This document shows, in pieces, positions 62,901 through 64,000 of a stretch of 64,000 nucleotides of DNA (position 1 is its first letter; each line of letters starts with the position of its first letter). Both the position numbers and the translations under genes were made by a program. Below the pieces are notes generated by a model that saw only the letters and a list, made by a program, of their open reading frames with translations, was not told the DNA's origin and did no database searches. The DNA comes from Raja brachyura. Lineage: Eukaryota. The stretch is from positions 20,274,001-20,338,000 of the forward strand of contig OY740794.1 of assembly GCA_963514005.1 (NCBI GenBank), in the 5' to 3' direction.

Positions 62901-64000
62901 ACTACTGCGCAGCCCACAGCGGACACCCCGGGGTCGATGCAACACTCGCCCACGCTCAGTGCCAATTCTACTGGCCTGGAATGGCCAAATATATTCGAGA
63001 CCGTGTTTCTGCCTGCTCCACGTGCAACAGTCTTGCTCCACATCAGCAGCGACAGCCCCTGCTGCAACAGCCCGCTCCTGCCTTGGCCTGGTCCTCGGTG
63101 GCTGCCGACATCTTCGAGTGGCGTGGTAACCACTACCTTGTCCTGGTCGACTCGTACTCAAACTGGTTCGAGGTGGATTTGCTGACATCCCTCACGTCGG
63201 AGATGGTGATCCGGAAGCTGCGGAAACACTTCTCCACGTTTGGGTCCCCTGTCAGGCTGCAGACTGACAATGGCAGGCAGTTTACCAGCCGTGAGTTCAA
63301 AAGTTTTGCTGACAAATGGAATTTTGTGCATTTCACCAGCAGCCCGGAGTACCCACAGAGCAACGGCCTTGCTGAACGGGCCGTCCGCAGCGCCAAGCTT
63401 CTGATGGAACAAGCGAGACTGTCTAACTCTGATTTGTATTTGGATCTCCTGAACCTCAGGAATGTTTCCAGAGATCCGGCCATGGGGTCCCCTGCTCAGC
63501 GTCTGATGTCCAGAACAACCAGATCTACCATCCCGATTGCCCAGCGCCAGCTGAAACCTCGGGTGCTGGAGCCTGCCTCTGTGCAGAGGCGCATTCAAGA
63601 GAAACATGACAGCCAGCGGCGTTCCCACGATCGGTCGTGCAGACCACTCGATCCTCTGTTGCCTGGACAGGTTGTTCGATTGCAAACCGCCAGTGGTCAC
63701 TCCCGTCTGGCTACTGTGGTTGGGGTGGCCGACTCACCTCGTTCGTATCTGGTCGACTATGAGGGAACCATCTACCGTAGAAGCCGACAACACCTGCTTG
63801 CGGTTAATGAGCCGAAGCCGCAGGCCCCGGGCCCCTATGCCCCGCCGCTCTCATACCAGCAGCCGGCTCCTGTCCCAGCCAGCGTTCCCTGCATGCCTCG
63901 GTCCCCATATCGAGCGCCCGGTTCCCCTCTGCGCGGGTCGCCTGTTGGCGGTCGTGGTTCTCCCTCTCCTGTTCCTCCAACCCCACCGCCCTTCCCTGGT
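59966..64000 (+). CDS. Gag-Pol polyprotein (single frame, at least 1345 codons, open at the window edge)
   Basis: MASSCRKP...; zinc knuckles CPNCNYMHHRRSTC and CNFCNKLNHFASAC; protease KLDTGA; RT RMPFG and IIVDDIL; RNase H CDAS and ETDHQPL; integrase QTDNG and YPQSNGLAER. The motif positions I checked share one frame. It is absent from the ORF track, consistent with no stop before the edge. Confidence 0.92.
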   Translation, partial: MASSCRKPAQLVFDADISERWATFEIDFTHFVNVAHRNDPDSLKASLLLNLVGPDAMKRARTFVYAPAVLDDNNVVITPAESASDPACLLRKFREICDLPSNRILERARFFTRRQLPEEPVECFIADLRYLAQRCRFGDMTDQLTRDILVTGMRDQKLRCELLRDPDLTLAKAMHACRLSEVVVLPDDHRDLGDKSVHQAGFSRALPQRGNNAFLPRANPGPADVPPKRCPNCNYMHHRRSTCPAYGKACNFCNKLNHFASACRSFRSRGRQVQISRPSLNMLKQSDSCSNPQPDVAEFYDADPINSPEDSNVFTLLQAPGQRLDPSVSVTVNNVTFLAKLDTGAKVNVLSINLFNKIRTNEALVADNATLHAYGGEILRPVGRATLTCRLQKATRNLIFYVLNSDCVTLLGNRACQDLGLVSFDHTVHKVQLSFNPIAEYQDLFNDDLGKLPLTYHISIDPNVQPVVRAPHRVSHAMKDRVEAMLNNMVDKGVLEAVSEPTDWVSTMVATIKKDKNEIRVCINPKDLNLAIRRPHYPMRSVEDVAAQVGQATVFSVLDAKNSFWQIPLDKASSDLTTFATPFGRFKFLRMPFGINSASEVFQRTMEQIFSGLPCAIIVDDILVYGKDIAEHDQNLRRVLDRARKANLKLNPKKCRFRVSEVTYVGHVFTSNGLKPDPLKAAAISEMAAPTDVPGLQRFLGMVNYLGKFVPNLSELSAPLRQLTKKDIAWVWLPQHQQAFDCLKSKLINTPTLRFFDASRPITVTCDASKFGLGAACLQSVDGSLHPVSYASRTMTDTEQRYAQIEKELLAVVFACSKFRDFLFGSRFTVETDHQPLVTILNKPIHAAPARLQHMMLQLQRFDFDIIYKKGTEMHIADTLSRAPRASCARHPYETEDLLVLAVNFIPTKQLQLLAEHTAADPVLQRLASVIKSGWPTKRSAAPPETQPFFLVRDELVLQNGVIVKGHKVVVPSSLFDSYYCAAHSGHPGVDATLAHAQCQFYWPGMAKYIRDRVSACSTCNSLAPHQQRQPLLQQPAPALAWSSVAADIFEWRGNHYLVLVDSYSNWFEVDLLTSLTSEMVIRKLRKHFSTFGSPVRLQTDNGRQFTSREFKSFADKWNFVHFTSSPEYPQSNGLAERAVRSAKLLMEQARLSNSDLYLDLLNLRNVSRDPAMGSPAQRLMSRTTRSTIPIAQRQLKPRVLEPASVQRRIQEKHDSQRRSHDRSCRPLDPLLPGQVVRLQTASGHSRLATVVGVADSPRSYLVDYEGTIYRRSRQHLLAVNEPKPQAPGPYAPPLSYQQPAPVPASVPCMPRSPYRAPGSPLRGSPVGGRGSPSPVPPTPPPFPG

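Larger units (their letters stand above)
59669..64000 (+). mobile_element. Ty3/Gypsy (Mag-like) LTR retrotransposon, 3' part beyond the window
   Basis: 5' LTR at 59669-59871 (TGTA...TACA), a PBS directly after it, and a gag-PR-RT-RH-IN ORF. Confidence 0.95.

Noticed and set aside
60473-63986. Multiple short ORFs listed over the Gypsy region
   Set aside because: They are alternative-frame or antisense shadows of the gag-pol ORF.

Overview
This is repeat-dense, non-coding vertebrate DNA, most likely from a cartilaginous fish (skate or ray), judged from the many HE1-type V-SINEs, DeuSINE remnants and CR1 LINEs. I found no intact host gene. The one host-derived coding sequence is a ~400-bp copper amine oxidase (AOC) fragment with an in-frame stop. 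Mobile DNA includes CR1, Rex1/Babar, RTE and L1 fragments, plus Penelope-like (PLE) fragments and short units carrying minimal hammerhead ribozyme motifs. It also includes six PIF/Harbinger-type MITEs, a Tigger-like MITE, a Tc1 (IR/DR) element interrupted by an L1, three or four non-autonomous Helitrons and a solo LTR. At the right end is a Mag-like Gypsy element with an uninterrupted gag-pol frame running off the window. The most unusual observations are 22-bp palindromic insertions with 8-bp TSDs (empty sites visible in a paralogous MITE), TSD-flanked hammerhead-bearing mini-PLE units, a fold-back CR1 5' end, a 35-bp templated filler and a covarying hairpin in a GC-rich retroposon. Family names come from recognised motifs, not database searches. 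Coordinates of degraded repeats are approximate.
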